A stretch of DNA of 64,000 nucleotides from Chromera velia (GCA_018398765.1 JAHBMJ010000310.1:62001-126000); one strand, 5' to 3'. Positions 12,040 to 24,903 are shown, numbered from the stretch's first letter. Numbers and translations are program-made. The notes: a model not told the origin generated them from the letters alone.

Positions 12040-13518
12040 ATGCACGCATTCCGTTGTCGGTTTCACGAGTGGTCCCCTGAGGCGATCGAGTGCCTTGCCT
12101 ATAGTCCGGACCGGAAATGGCTGGCTCTTGCGAGAGGCAATGGGGATATTGAGATCTACTCTGGCAGCAAGGGACATCATTTCCAGGTCTGTCTGTTCAT
12201 CTGCAGAGTCGAGTGCTTACCTGATCCGTTTTCGCTGTTTCGCTTGTCGCCTGTGCCTGTTCTGATTTTTTCACCCCTTGTGTACTTTCACCTTGAAGTC
12301 CATTGGACACCCTATTGAGTCTGCATTTCATCTTCTTTTGCCTGGAGGTTTGGATGTGATGGCATCGGCCATGAAATTTGATTCGCTTGTTGAACTAATG
12401 TGCACGTGCCCTTTGTGCATGTGAAAACACCATGCACGCAGACAATCAGGGCCCATTCAGAGAGCACACGGAGAAGCCTTCTCTGGGCAGAGGATCCTCT
12501 TCGGAAGGGCAAAGACCCCAATTTCTCTCTGGAGGGATACGCACTCTTCTCCATCAGTCAGTGCAGTCTCCGTCTCCTCAACTTCCCTTCCCGTCTCCTT
12601 CCTCGCCTTTTTATCCCTTACAAATCTGCCAGACTGTGCATGTGGCACAAATGCGGTAGAACAAGGGCCTCCCTCCCTCCCTCCCCCATTTCAGGTTTGG
12701 ATGGAGAGGTTGCCCATTGGGACCTCAGGGCGCTTTCGAAAAAGGTTCGTGAGCAGGGCCGAGGCAGCCAGAGGGTATCGTCCAGTCTTTCTGTTCTCCC
12801 CAGCCAGAGGGTATCGTCCAGTCTTTCTGTTCTCCCTTTTTAGACACATTTCTTCTTTGATCTCTGAAGAAGACAGGACAGTTCTTCCTCCGATTCCGAG
12901 CAGCCACTGTCTCTTTGTGATGGCTTGCAAGGCGCCTCATTTGTCTTTGCCTCTCTACCCCTGTTTACAGGGCCTCTACAAGTGTCCGGGAGGAACTGTG
13001 TACTCAGGAGTTATCAGTCCCTCTGGCAAGTCTCTTGCGCTGGCTTGTGAGGACGGCACTGTCCGTTACTTGAAAAGGACGGGGGGGGACGGAGACGACG
13101 GTGAGGGAGACTCGGACTTGGTGTTGGACCCCACCAGGGGGGGGAATGCCAGAAAACATACCTGTTAGTCTGTCTGTCTACTTTTGTGTCCTTTTCTGTT
13201 TCTCTTATTGTGCCAACTCGTCCACTGAGTCTCCATGTTTGGCGCGTGGGTGTATTTACTGTGTGTCTTCTTGCCCTTCATTTCATTTCCTTCGACTTTC
13301 TCTGCGCCCCTTTTTCCTCTTGCTGTTTCCAGACGCGCCCTTTTTCTCCAGGAAAGACCCTTTTAGAACCGGCTTTTGCTTCGCTGGGCTTTGCATCCTC
13401 TCTCCCTTTAGTTCCCCCTCCTTGCTCGTTCTCGTTTCGTCGCAGTCTTCTCTTTGCCGCGTCTCATCGATGCCATTCCTCTCTCATTCTCTCTCTCTCT
13501 CTGTGTGCGCGCGTGCGC

Positions 13519-13549
<31 letters not shown>

Positions 13550-14640
13550 TGTGTTCGCCTCAGCCCGGTTGGTAAGCCTCTGCTTTCACGGAGAGGCAAC
13601 CATCGTGGCCGGGTCTACTCAGGGTCGTCTGGTAAGATTGACTGAAGGGAAGAGCGGGCAGACGACACAACAGATCTTCGGACACGGGCCTCAGAGACAG
13701 CAACAGGAAGGTTGGTTCGTTCGTTGGATGTGCTTCCTTCCGTTTTGGTGGGCGGGGCGACCTTTTCGTCTGAGCTTTTTTGCCGCCTTTTCTTTATAGC
13801 AGGATTTCTGCGCGTTGTCCGATTCTCAGTCGCTCGCATTGACTCCTCTGTCCTGTTCTAGATGACCCTGTGCTTCTTTCTGCATGGTCTGGCCACTTTG
13901 GCATTCGCAGAACAGTTTTTGAGTGTGGAAGACAGTTTCGATGAGCCCATTCTTTTTCTTTTTGCTTGCCGCTTGTCCTCACTGGATGTCTGATTGACTA
14001 ACTGACTAGTACCCCCCGGAGCAGGACCGAGGGGGCCTGGCGATCGAGAGGCAGAAGAAGGAGAAGGCGACTTGGTCATCTGGGCGGTGTGCAGTCTTTC
14101 GTCAGTTTCGAGACGAAGGAAGTCTTTTCTCCTCTCTGTCTGCATGCCCTTTGTTGACGTGGAGGGCCTTTTGAAAACTCATCAATCTCTCTCTCTCATT
14201 GTTGCATTTCACTCTCGCTTTCGATCTTCCCCCCCGCTCACCCGCCGCTTCTTTTCTCTTTTGCTTTTTTGTGTGTGTGGATGCGTATCCTCGTGCGTTT
14301 TTTTTCGATTCTTTCGCCCTCTGTGCCCCGACATTGCTCAGTCTGAGTGGGGATATCTGTGAGAATCAAGTAGGAGGGACATTTTTCTGGTTCTCTCTGC
14401 TCCCTTTGAGCTGTTGGACCTTCTCTGAAGTTTTGGAAGCATCTATGAGGTGTTCTCTCTTCGCTGCTCTCTCTCTCTCGTTCTCTGTCTGTCTGTCTGT
14501 CTGTCTGTCTGTGCAGACCGCTTGACTGGGTGGCCTCTGGCGACTCCAGTGGGACGATTTCGATTTGGGATCTGCGGACCAACACTCTCCTCCAGAACTT
14601 TCCTCAGGCAGGTCTTGTTTCCCCCTCGTTTCTGTCTCTT

Positions 14641-14680
<40 letters not shown>

Positions 14681-17600
14681 CCTTTCTTTCTTTCTTTTTT
14701 TTTTTTTTCCCAGTCTGTCTGTTTGACTGTCTGTGGGCAAAGAAGTGCCGCAGTCTGCGCTCAAGGCCTGGTGCTCTGGTTTCCTTCGACCGAGAAAGCG
14801 CGCCAAAAGAAGAAGAAGAAAAAAAAGAGAATAGAATGAAGAAAGCGAAAAAGGAAAAGAACAGGCGATAGAGTCTGTCTTTGGTTTTTCTTTTTCGTCT
14901 TTCGGCATTCTGTCCATGCGGGAAGGCAGAGAAGAACGAAGACACACCTACAATGAAATTGCATCTAAGAGAACGAAAAAATCGACCCCAAAACCAAAAG
15001 AGAGGGAGGCTGCCGTTGTCAATGATGACCTGATTGTCGCCCCAGGCAGACGCCTCTGAAGATTGACTCGTCCCACTGCCAAAGGGACCACCTGATGACG
15101 CACACGGCAAGGCAACGACCAGAAAAATGAAGACTAAAGAAGGAAGACAGGACAGAAGGAAGGAGATTCGTTTTTTGTCTTCTGAGAGAGACCCTACATT
15201 TCCCTTCTTGTCCATTTCCGCTTAATTTCCTTCTACGTGTCATTTTTCTTCCACATGGTGACTGGAAAATCACAATATGGTGCACGTCAGAAATGTTTTG
15301 TTAGTGTGGGACTCTTCACACGCTTCGGCTGCCCCGTTTGCGTCCTGCCCTGTCTGCCACTGCAGACGCACCGCGCGGACGTTTTGTGTCTGCAAAGTGT
15401 TTTCAGTGAGTCCTTCGAGGACGAGGAAGACACGGGAGCCTCGGATGGAAATTGGAAATCAATGGGGGTAGGCCCAAACCCAAAACCACTGCAAATGAGA
15501 ATATACTCATCAGGAGCCGATGGCAGGCTGAGCGTGTTGTCGTTTGTCGACGCGACAGGGAACCCTAACGAGGTCAGTGGGGCAGGAGGGCAGGCATTGT
15601 TGTGATGAAAGCTCTATCTGAGGGTGGAATGCGAGTGTGAGTGTGTCGTGTGATCGTCCTGATCCTCTGCGTACTTGATTGACTGCTTGTTTGTTTCTTA
15701 GGGCTCTTCCTTTTAGAATGGAACGGTTGGAGCATCACACCCTGATTTTAGATAGAGTGCCTTTTTTGAAGTGTGACTCGCGTCTTTGTAATTTTATTCT
15801 TTTGCTTCCTGCTTTTTCCTCTCTCCCTCTCTCCCTCCCCTTCTTCTCAGGGCTTTGTGATCCTCTCCCGTAAGACCATTCCCTCTGCCCATGAGCTGAA
15901 TTCGGTGGCGGCGACAGACAAATTCTGCATGGCGGGGGGGACAGAGGGAAAGCTGATGAGCTTCAAAGTGACCTCGCAGGTCTCTCTCTCTCTGTCTCTC
16001 TCTCTCGCTGGTTCGCTCTCTCTCTCTCTCTCTCTCGCTCGCTCGCTGGTTGGCTCTCTCTTCGTGTGTGTCCGCGCGCATGCTTGTGCGTCTTTCTTGC
16101 TTTCTTTGACAACCTTTGCGCAGTCTGTGCAAGCATGTTTCAGGGTGCTTCTTCCTTCCTTCTACCCCTTCTTGACTTGCTTTGAGGAAACAACGCAAGG
16201 AAGAAAGGAAGGAAGAAAGGAAGGAAGGCCATTCTGTCTGGAGGGAGCCCTTCATCACATCAGTGTGCCCCGCTGTACTTATTGAGTCCATCTCCCTTCT
16301 CTGCTGCGCGGTATCTTTTACCTCACCTTCTCCTTCTCCGTCTCCTTTCTTTGTTTGGTTGATGACCGACCGCTTCAGGGATTCGGGTGGAAGCCCATCT
16401 CTCTGATGCTGCCCCCCTCTGTTCTCGGAGACTCTCTGGAGGTGGGCGGGAGAGAGAAGAGGACGGGTAGAAGCTTGGGAGGTAACGAGAGGAACGGGGA
16501 AGGGCGGGGAGAGAGGAGCAATGCGATGCTGCGGGGCAAAGGACAAGGTCTTGTCTCTGCCGGAGAGAAGGACTCAGGAAATGAGAAAGAGAGTGAACGT
16601 GGAGAAGGAAGCTGACCGGGTTTGGAAGTATATCTGTCGAATGAATGGCTTTTTGATCGAGCAACTGGTTCTTTCCTTCCTGGGGTAACTCCGGTCCTTC
16701 CTCGTCTGGTCCTCTGTCGATTTGTTCAAGTGACACAGGGGAAAGAAGGAAGGAAGCTTGCGGGTTGGTGTTCGCTTTGGATGAGGCCTCCGTCAAGCAG
16801 ACGAGACATGGCTTTTCTTATCCACCTTGTCAAGGTAGAGGCTCTCTCGGTGCATGCACATGCGTGTTACATCTTTGCTTCCTTTTTTCTTTGCAGACTT
16901 GCGTACCCGAACGTTTGTTGCTGACCACTCGGCCGACTTCGTTTCACCTCTGGTACATGCAGGTCTGTCAGTCAGTCTGTCTGCTAGCGGGTCTTGCAAA
17001 GAAGTAGCCATCACGCGGTACAACGAGCATAAGATAAGAGGCATTTCAAGAGCCTACGTGAGTATCAGGATTTTCCATGTTTCGTTCTTCTTCTTCTTCT
17101 TCTTCTTCTTCTTCTTCCTTCTTCTTCTTCTTCTTCTTCTTCTTCTGAGAGAAGGGAACGGGACCAATGGAAGGCTTGCAGCAGAATGGTTGGGTCTTTC
17201 CGCTCCTTTTTTCCCCTTTCCTTTCCTTTCCTTTTGCCTTTCGCAACCTTTTTTGTGGTGTAGCAACACTCTTGAGATGCTTATCTTCCGCGGCAGGAAA
17301 AGCGAAAACCACTCTTCCTTCGCCCCCCTTCCTTCATTCTCCTACGTCATCTCATCTGTTCATCCATACCCAAGAAACCAGCGAGTCAGTGGTTCTTTCT
17401 GCATCTTCCCTCCGTCTGTGTGCGCTCCTCTGAGCAGCCGCCGAAGTCTGCCGAAGGAATCAAAGGACGTGTTGCAACGGCACTCCAAAAAAGGGCAGAG
17501 AAGCGGAACGGAAGGGAGGCAGGACGAGGCGGGAAGAGGAGTAGAAGGGCGCGAGAGGACGACGCGATCGCTGAAGGCCCCTCTTGTTCCGTCCCTGTGC

Positions 17601-19555
17601 AGCTTTGCGAGCTCCTCCTGGAAGAGCACGGAGGTCTGAGAGGTGCCTCCCTCTCTCCGGAGGGCACCGCTGTGGCTGTGGTTCTGTCTCCGGACGGAAT
17701 TGTGAATGGAATCTCAGAGGCGGGCGGAGGGCTCCGTCTGTTTTCCCTTGACTTAGAGGAGGTGGAGCTGAAAAAGGAAGCAGATGAGAGGGGGGCAGGG
17801 AAGGGAAACCTTTCGGTGTCGATGGGATCCCGGGGCTTTCTGGAATTTTACAGGTAGGTTGGGGCGTCTGTTTTTAATGGTGTGATTGTGTGGGAACTCT
17901 TTTGTTTATTCCTTCTTGCCTCCCGCGATGCCCTTTTCCTGCTCTCCAGCGCCTCCTTTTCCTTCAGCTTGGTCGGTTTTTTGATTGCAGCGACTTCATC
18001 TAGGCTTGTGCCGGTTGTTTTCTGTACGCCTTTGGGAGGTGTGCCATAAGCGTGTGGGTCACATGAGGTCCCTTCGAAATGACAGTAAAGACGCCTCCAT
18101 AGAGCAGTAGACGGAGAGAATGCTGAATCTGAGCTGAGCTGATTGATTCACCTTTTCTTTCTGTGGTTGCAGCGTGAAGTTCGTCTCCAAGGACGTACTG
18201 GTGGTTGGGTGTAGACGCAGGGGCCGGCAGGGGGCCTCTCTGTACTCTGTCGCGTTCTTCAAGACACAGCTCGAGGCAGACACAAAGCCAGGAAAGGGGT
18301 CAGTGGATTGGAAGCGGGGAGGGGACGGGATCCTGTCAATGAAGTGGCCGCTTCCTTTCTTCTGTTTTGCTCTTTTCTTTGCTGGTCCTTCCATCTGTCA
18401 GTCTGCTGGTCGGTTCTTTCTCAAAAGCTCCCTTGTGCACGTGTGTACAGCAGTGCTTGGACTGTCTGTGTGTGTTGTGTAGACATAAAATTGTGTGGTT
18501 TTCTTCTTCTTGCAGAAAGGCGAAAGGAGCACTGAGTCTTTTGGAGTCCTTCGACGACCACTCTTCCCCTGTGGACCTGCTGGTGCTCTCGGGGGACAGG
18601 CGCACCGTCCTCGCCCTGGAAGCGGGGGGAGGAGTCAGAGCGTATGGGTTCAAAGAGGAGACGGAGGAGATGGGAGAGGAGGAAGAGGGAAGATGGGGCG
18701 TCCAATTGGAACTCCCCCGCATGCCCTTGGGGGAGAAAGGAGACGGAAAGATCGCGTGTGCAACGCTCGATAAAGACGGTGAGCAGGCATCTGTATGTAC
18801 AGCTGTGGCTTCCATAGTTTCTTTTCTGGGTACGGCTGCCTGTGAATAAAGTAAGGGTGTTTCCTGGCATCGACTCAGACGCTGTTGCCACAGTTTGAGC
18901 ATGTTCAGACCTGATCGCAAGCGGGTTCGTCCCGACCTTTCCTCCCTTTTTCCGAGTGTCGTTCTCCGCGTCTCTTTGTAGAAAGGCATTCAAATTTTCG
19001 ATTAGGCAGCTCTCGATGTTCTTCCCTTTTCAGCAGGAGTGTCTTTTGGTCGCGTTTTTCTTCGTTCCATATTTTTTCTTTTCGCTCCCGCAGCATGTTT
19101 TTCGATCATGTTTCCTCCCTTCTGCGCTCGCTCTCTCTCTCTCTCTTTCTGTCTGTGTGTGTGTGTGTGGGTGTGTGTGTGTGAACTTATGCAGGTCGAA
19201 GAGCAGCTGTTGTGTCTTCTGAAGGCTTGTTCTACGTTTTTGATTTGAAGAAAGGGAGCTTTGAGAAGAAATTTGCTGGTGGGTTGGAAGGGGAGACAGA
19301 AGAGGGAGGAGGGGGACTTCTTGAAAGCATCAAGAGACTGAGTGGGAAGAGAGGACGTGGAGGGGAGGTCCGGGGAGAGGATGGAGGGGGGACGGCAACG
19401 CAGACGAGTGCGTCGTCGTCCAGAGCCAAGCAGCCGTTTGCAGCGGTGAGTCGAGTCTCCTCTCAGGACTTGTTTGAGCCTCTTTTTTTTCTGGGTTCGT
19501 TTCCGTTCTTGCTTCTTTTCCACGCTACTCCTTTGCGATTCCTTTCTTTCTTTCT

Positions 19556-19593
<38 letters not shown>

Positions 19594-20432
19594 TTCTGTG
19601 TGTGGCGGCGGTGTGGCGGGAAAATCTTTTTTTTTGTACAGCGCTGCTCTTCGAAATGCAGTCTGGGAAGCTGAATCACGGTCGTCTACTTACTCCCTCC
19701 TTTCCTTACTCGTAAGGAATTTCTACGTGCAAGCTTGGCGGCCGCAAGTTTGCGCTTTCTCTCTTTTCTGTTGTTTATGTGTGTGCGTGTGTGCAGCTCC
19801 CACGGGGTTCGATTCCTCCTCTGGAGGTGCCGATGGAGGTCGGTCTCCTGTCTGCAGACGTTCTTCTAGTCGTCTCGCAGACTGCTGCAGTGGCTGTTGT
19901 TGCGGCCTCCTCAGGGAAGGGAAAGAAGAAGGGGGGTACGGAGGATAAAGGAAAAAACGTGGCGGCATCGTCGCCTCTGCTCTTTTACCGAGTCCGTACG
20001 CAGCCTTTCAGTCCGGATGCAAACCTGACGTTAGCAGTTCGGTTGCTTCCTGCCGGTGTTTTCGCTTTCTCAGACACCAGCGGGAGAGAGAGGGTCACCC
20101 GTGTGCCCCCTTTCGTTGTCTGGGATCGCTCAGCAGACCGTGGGCAATCTGCGGAGAGTGAGGAAGAGGTGGAAGAGGAGGAGGGAGATGATGATCCGGT
20201 TTGGGGTCTGGGGGAGTCGGCTCCAGTCTCCAAGAGAAGCAGAAAGGACCAGCCCTCAGACCAAACAGAAACAGAGACGCAAGGGCCCCACGACGCAGTG
20301 CTGTCTCGAGTTACATCTGCATTTGAAGCGGCGGGATCCAGTCGGACGCTTTGCATGTTTGAAGTCTCCAGGCGGTACATGTTGGAGCACTTGCCGGGGG
20401 CGATCAAGTCGAAACGATACGGACAGATGTGA
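12040..20432 (+). CDS. UTP4: U3 snoRNA-associated protein 4 (UTP4/cirhin), WD40 repeat, multi-exon
   Basis: N-terminus MHAFRCRFHEWSPEAIECLAYSPDRKWLALARGNGDIEIY matches the UTP4 start motif. WD exons include GLDGEVAHWDL, LALACEDGTVR, IWAV...VASGDSSGTISIWD...THRADVL and SSGADGR. C-terminus LPGAIKSKRYG resembles the UTP4 end. Not every internal exon boundary was resolved. Confidence 0.88.
12765..12836. repeat. Exact 36-bp tandem duplication in a UTP4 intron
   Basis: CAGCCAGAGGGTATCGTCCAGTCTTTCTGTTCTCCC at 12765-12800 and 12801-12836. Confidence 0.95.
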
Positions 20433-20669
20433 ACGGAATTTGATGATAGCGCCAGAATTGATGTGAAAGGGGTCAATAGATGATCCTGCCGATCGATTGA
20501 TTTGACACGGCTGCTGTCATAACCAAATGACAAAGGGCAGCCTATAGAAACACTGGCAGGGCAGGTTGCCGTATTACCCGACAAAGAAGATTCAAGAATT
20601 TATTTTAAGAGACACTGGCAGGGACCTTTAATTTCTGTTTTTGTCTCACAACAATTCTCTACTAGTCTA

Positions 20670-20908
20670 GGCGACGCACAGTGATAAAAAAAAAGAAAAA
20701 AAAAATCTGGAGAAGCCTAATCTTTTTTATTTTTTTTTCTATTATTTTATTGGAAGTGCCAAACATATAACAAAAACACATCTAACTACAAAACCTACCT
20801 TTGCTAAGTTTGTTTGGACCTTTGACCACTAGACTAAAAAAAAAAAAAAAGAAAAAAAAAATCTCGACATGTCTATTCTTTTTTTTTTTTTTACCATTGT
20901 GCGTCGCC
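20670..20908. mobile_element. 239-bp MITE with TA target-site duplication (Tc1/mariner-like)
   Basis: TA|GGCGACGCACAGTGATAAAAAA ... TTTTTTACCATTGTGCGTCGCC|TA, with an internal direct repeat of A-tract-ATCT. Confidence 0.8.
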
Positions 20909-21094
20909 TAGCTACTAGTAAACTATGCCAGTGCCGACTCAGTGGATTATAAAACACTAGATAAAACGTTTAAGAGATGAATTATCAAACATTGAAATTA
21001 TGTCACAGTTAGAAGTTGTATTATTTAATTCATTGAAATATATTATTGAATTCAAGTGAATTAAATTCGTCTATGGGTGGAAATGAAGATAGAA

Positions 21095-21305
21095 TTAATA
21101 GTGGAATAGTTTAATAGTACTAGCCCTGACTATAGGAATAGTTAGAATAGGCTATTCCATAATATAGAATATATTAGAATAGTTAGAATATTCTACTATT
21201 CAACTATTCCACTATTCCACAATGATATCTACATTTAAAGAATAGGTGAAACAATGCACTATTCCACTATTCCGCTCACTCACCATTCTACTATTCCACT
21301 ATTCT
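21095..21305. repeat. Cluster of (A)CTATTCC(A) / GGAATAG motifs in both orientations; probable subterminal repeats of a decayed DNA transposon
   Basis: More than 10 copies of the motif or its reverse complement in ~210 bp of AT-rich DNA. Confidence 0.55.
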
Positions 21306-21388
21306 TCAGCTGAAAGAATCGAGTTAGACAGCTGACCCAGATTCAAATAAACATGAAGGAAAAGATCAGAGTGAATTTCATAAACTGA

Positions 21389-22367
21389 ATGAAACCTCCC
21401 CCTCCTCTTCTTCCTGGGCCACCTCTTCTTCCTCACTTTCTTTTTCCCCCCCCTCTTAAGCCTGAGAAACAAGTTGCTTCTCCAGAATAATACCCATACG
21501 ACCGAAGCAGTCCTTGGTGAAATATTTGGGCTCTGTGAAAGGAGACACCAACAGAGGAGAGATGAAGTTCTCCTCCCTCATCTCCCTGATGACCTTCTGT
21601 CGCTTTGCCATGCTCGATCATGGTCAAAACCTCCTTCTATGCTAACTTTGCGGCCCCCCCCAGTAAAATTCAACCAAAAAAACGTATGCGTATGATCGTT
21701 CATGGAGGAGGGACAGCAAGAACTTACCATCTCTTTGGAGAACCGATTCGAGACAGGTGAGAAAGAAGTAGACTTTCTGAATGGTCACATACTTAGCCAC
21801 CTCTTTGAACGGCGTGTCTGGTTTGACCGTGAACTCCTTTTTTGGGGGCTCTCCCTCCACGTACTTCACTCTCACATGCCCCACCCCGTTAAACTTTGCT
21901 TTCTTGCAATACCCTGTATGGAGGTGAACACAGAGGCGGCTAAGGTCTCTGTCGTGGGGACAAACTTTCAAAGTTGGGGGCTGAGTGCGGGAATAGTGCA
22001 GAGGGCAGCCAATTTCACAGGCGACGGCGACTTGAGAAACATAAAATTCGTGTACACACTGTCGAGGTCGTACCTACAGGAAGAAAAGAAGACCATGTGG
22101 GGGGTTCTTTCTCTTCTTTTTACCCTAAAACTGTCTGATTCCGCTCCTTCTGCATTGAGAAATTCCTGGGCAGGCGTCCTACGCGAGAAAATGTGTCTCA
22201 TTGAAGAATTGCAAGCGTTTGGGGAGGATGCATATCCTTCATACAGTGAGAACCTTCATTCAAAATATGTGTTTTTTAATAAGAAATCAATGGTTCTCTT
22301 TGCTCGGTATGTGGTTGATCGCGTGGTTCTTATGTCAGACATCAAGTTCAATTGGGGTGGGCGATAG
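21389..22367 (+). pseudogene. Intronless ORF of unknown function; intact 221-aa part at 21702-22367 preceded by an in-frame stop and a probable frameshift
   Basis: ORF 21474-21695 is in the same frame as 21702-22367 and separated by a single TGA (21693-21695). An upstream ATG at 21389 is in another frame. Composition is coding-like with no microsatellites. Confidence 0.45.
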
Positions 22368-22873
22368 AGACAACAAATGAAAGACACGCAAGATTTTTGG
22401 TTTTAGGTGAATTGGTACATCACCTGATAGGAAAAGATCTCCTTTGATGTATCTACACAATAGACCTGTTCGTCAAACGCCTATAGATTGGCAGCGTACT
22501 AGTAGGTGCCACTAGAGGCCCAATTAGGAATTTAAAATCCAAAAATTCTAATTCGGAACAATTTAAAAATATTTTTTTTAAATCAAAAAATTAGTACACA
22601 AAGCTGTATTTTTATGCATTATTGTGTATAAACATTCTAAAACTCAAAGATGTTAAGTCTGAATTCTAATTAGCTTTGTATAAACATTTATAGCTTCAAA
22701 AAAATACAGTTGGAAATTTGGATTTCCGATTGGAATAAATTGGATTCATATATTATTGGAAATCCAATTTGTCAATTGGAAATCACATACGTTTTGCATT
22801 GCATGGTATGATGATGTGTGATTTTCTAAGTGATTCTTCTGGTGATTCTGATACTGTGAATTAATATGTGTAA

Positions 22874-24535
22874 CTACATGTGCAAGGGACATGAACTTGA
22901 GTGAGTTTGTACTATATTTTGAATTTGTTTCCCGGAAGCATGCGAATCCGAAGAATCTAGCCTCCACTGAAGGAGACGAAATGCCCGTGTTCTTTGCGAT
23001 GCAGCCGGAGGTGTAGCAAAATCAAGGCCTAAGACTGTGACGCCTGGGCGTCTTTGTCCTTCTTGTACTGCAGACAAAACCCCTGCCTCTGCAAGTGCAC
23101 TCTGTGGAATCAGATAGAAATACCGCCACAGATCTTCCCAAGCTTTTTGCCCGGAAGTGACACTGGAAGAGCGAATCGCCTTTCGGGCGTTCTGCGGGGC
23201 GCTTATAAGAAGAAAATCAAAGTCCCCTTCATCATATGGCTTAAACTTTGCATTGACACTTTTCCGGCAGTGCACAAAGCCAAGTCGTTTTCGAGCTACC
23301 CAATAACTGCTCTTCAACTGCACCCTCTGCCATCCTGTCTGCGGACCTTCCAAAAGATGGAGCTCGATGTCCCATGCGAGTGTCGGGCACGGAGCAAGTC
23401 GGGTTTTTACCCCACCTGGAACATTTGTTAAGAGATTCTCACATTTCTGAAGCATCACCTGTTCCGCAAGGTGGTTCGGGCTCAATTGAGACCTAAGTGT
23501 GTCCATACTCTGCAGTTTGTATGAAGTTGTTCCGGTCCGTGCCGTGCTCCAAATTTCATGCAAACGCTCTCCAATGTTGTGATGAGCACAATTGCGCTCA
23601 AAACTGCAGCGAGTTTTTCGCGTGTCATGCTTCCCACCCTCTGTGATTCTTAAATTACCCCCGCCCTTGAATTTGTTCAGGTCATCACCGGAGAACTGCC
23701 AGACCATCGGCGGTTCTGGTAGTCCTTCATTTAAAGCAATACAGACCACCGGCATTCGCTCGTAGCCACAAACATCCCTAAAGATGGCTGTTAATGAAAT
23801 GCGTTCTCGCACCAGGCGAGACCGTGACTTGACCTGTACAGGAAGCCACAGATCTTCGGGGCATCCGACGGGACGGACTGCAAGATCAGCCTTTGCGTAT
23901 GGGGGAAGAGGGACAGTCGCCTCTTCAAGTCCTTTGAAGTTGCTCACCGCATTGAAGCTGCTGCGAAGCAGCTGAGTGGCTCTCCTCTCCACTGCATACC
24001 TTTCGTAAGCAGTAAGAGTTCTGCCGGTCGATTCAATTCCGATTTTTGTCTGGATTTTCGCCGGACAACGGGCTTTCCCGACGATTGATGTTCTTGTGGA
24101 AACATTGTACGAATCTAGCCCCTTTCTGTCTTCTCTGAGCACGACTCTTTGGAGGGAAGCGTCAGGGACAACCACATCTGCTTGGTCATTACTCTGACCC
24201 CCAATGCTTGCAAAAGGTTGGCGTGCTTCATCTGCAAGACTGCCCGTCGTCTGATTGACGGTAGCTGCAGGGCTCCATGAAACAAGACGAAACGGACGGC
24301 TTTCAAGGGCATGCAGTGAGCGAAGGGGGCCATTGCTGGTGCTCCTCCCATCGAAGCTTCGTGGTGCAGCACCGGGAATCCTGGTGGAAAACGCTTTCGC
24401 ATCTTGCTTGTACAACTGTAAGCCATGATACACACGAAGAGTTGCGTTGGGACAACTCCTGTGTTCACAGCATCGTCTGGAAAGAGAATGAGCAGGACGA
24501 CGCCCTCTACTCACCACAGTTCCTGCACGGATCAT
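22874..24535 (-). CDS. Intronless 553-aa protein with two tandem PD-(D/E)xK-type (D...QxK) endonuclease domains and a mitochondrial-presequence-like N-terminus
   Basis: Domain 1: AVERRA...KADLAVRP...WLPVQVKS...GYERMPVVCI. Domain 2: LAEQVM...AWDIEL...WQRVQLKSS...PYDEGDFDFLLI...FYLIP. The first ~90 aa are Arg/Ser-rich and acid-poor. Confidence 0.8.
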   Translation of the reverse strand: MIRAGTVVSRGRRPAHSLSRRCCEHRSCPNATLRVYHGLQLYKQDAKAFSTRIPGAAPRSFDGRSTSNGPLRSLHALESRPFRLVSWSPAATVNQTTGSLADEARQPFASIGGQSNDQADVVVPDASLQRVVLREDRKGLDSYNVSTRTSIVGKARCPAKIQTKIGIESTGRTLTAYERYAVERRATQLLRSSFNAVSNFKGLEEATVPLPPYAKADLAVRPVGCPEDLWLPVQVKSRSRLVRERISLTAIFRDVCGYERMPVVCIALNEGLPEPPMVWQFSGDDLNKFKGGGNLRITEGGKHDTRKTRCSFERNCAHHNIGERLHEIWSTARTGTTSYKLQSMDTLRSQLSPNHLAEQVMLQKCENLLTNVPGGVKTRLAPCPTLAWDIELHLLEGPQTGWQRVQLKSSYWVARKRLGFVHCRKSVNAKFKPYDEGDFDFLLISAPQNARKAIRSSSVTSGQKAWEDLWRYFYLIPQSALAEAGVLSAVQEGQRRPGVTVLGLDFATPPAASQRTRAFRLLQWRLDSSDSHASGKQIQNIVQTHSSSCPLHM

Positions 24536-24903
24536 TCGTTCTACTGAACTCGACGTTCAGACTCGGTCAAGTATACTACATATTCCTGCCCTTCATTCGG
24601 GGTTCAACAACGGGTCTTGAATGTATATATACGTCTTGTGCTACGCAGGTGCGTCACATGCATGTATGGCGAGATTCTTTTGATAACGTCCTCTCCAGGT
24701 TTGTAAAGCGGAGGGTCCTGAAGAAGAAGCTGCCTTAATATATAGGCGCACAGAAGTATATATATACGTTGACCTCATGTCTACCTCATTGCATCGCCCT
24801 GAGGTTAAATTTCTGCCATGCATGATGGATGTTGCGAATTTAAAGGCCCATGCATATGCTGCATGCAATGATGCACGTGTTGCAATGATGCGAAGATGCA
24901 TGC

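Noticed and set aside
22500..22830. AT-rich block with TTGGA/TCCAA motifs as a MITE
   Set aside because: Could not define matching TIRs or a TSD.
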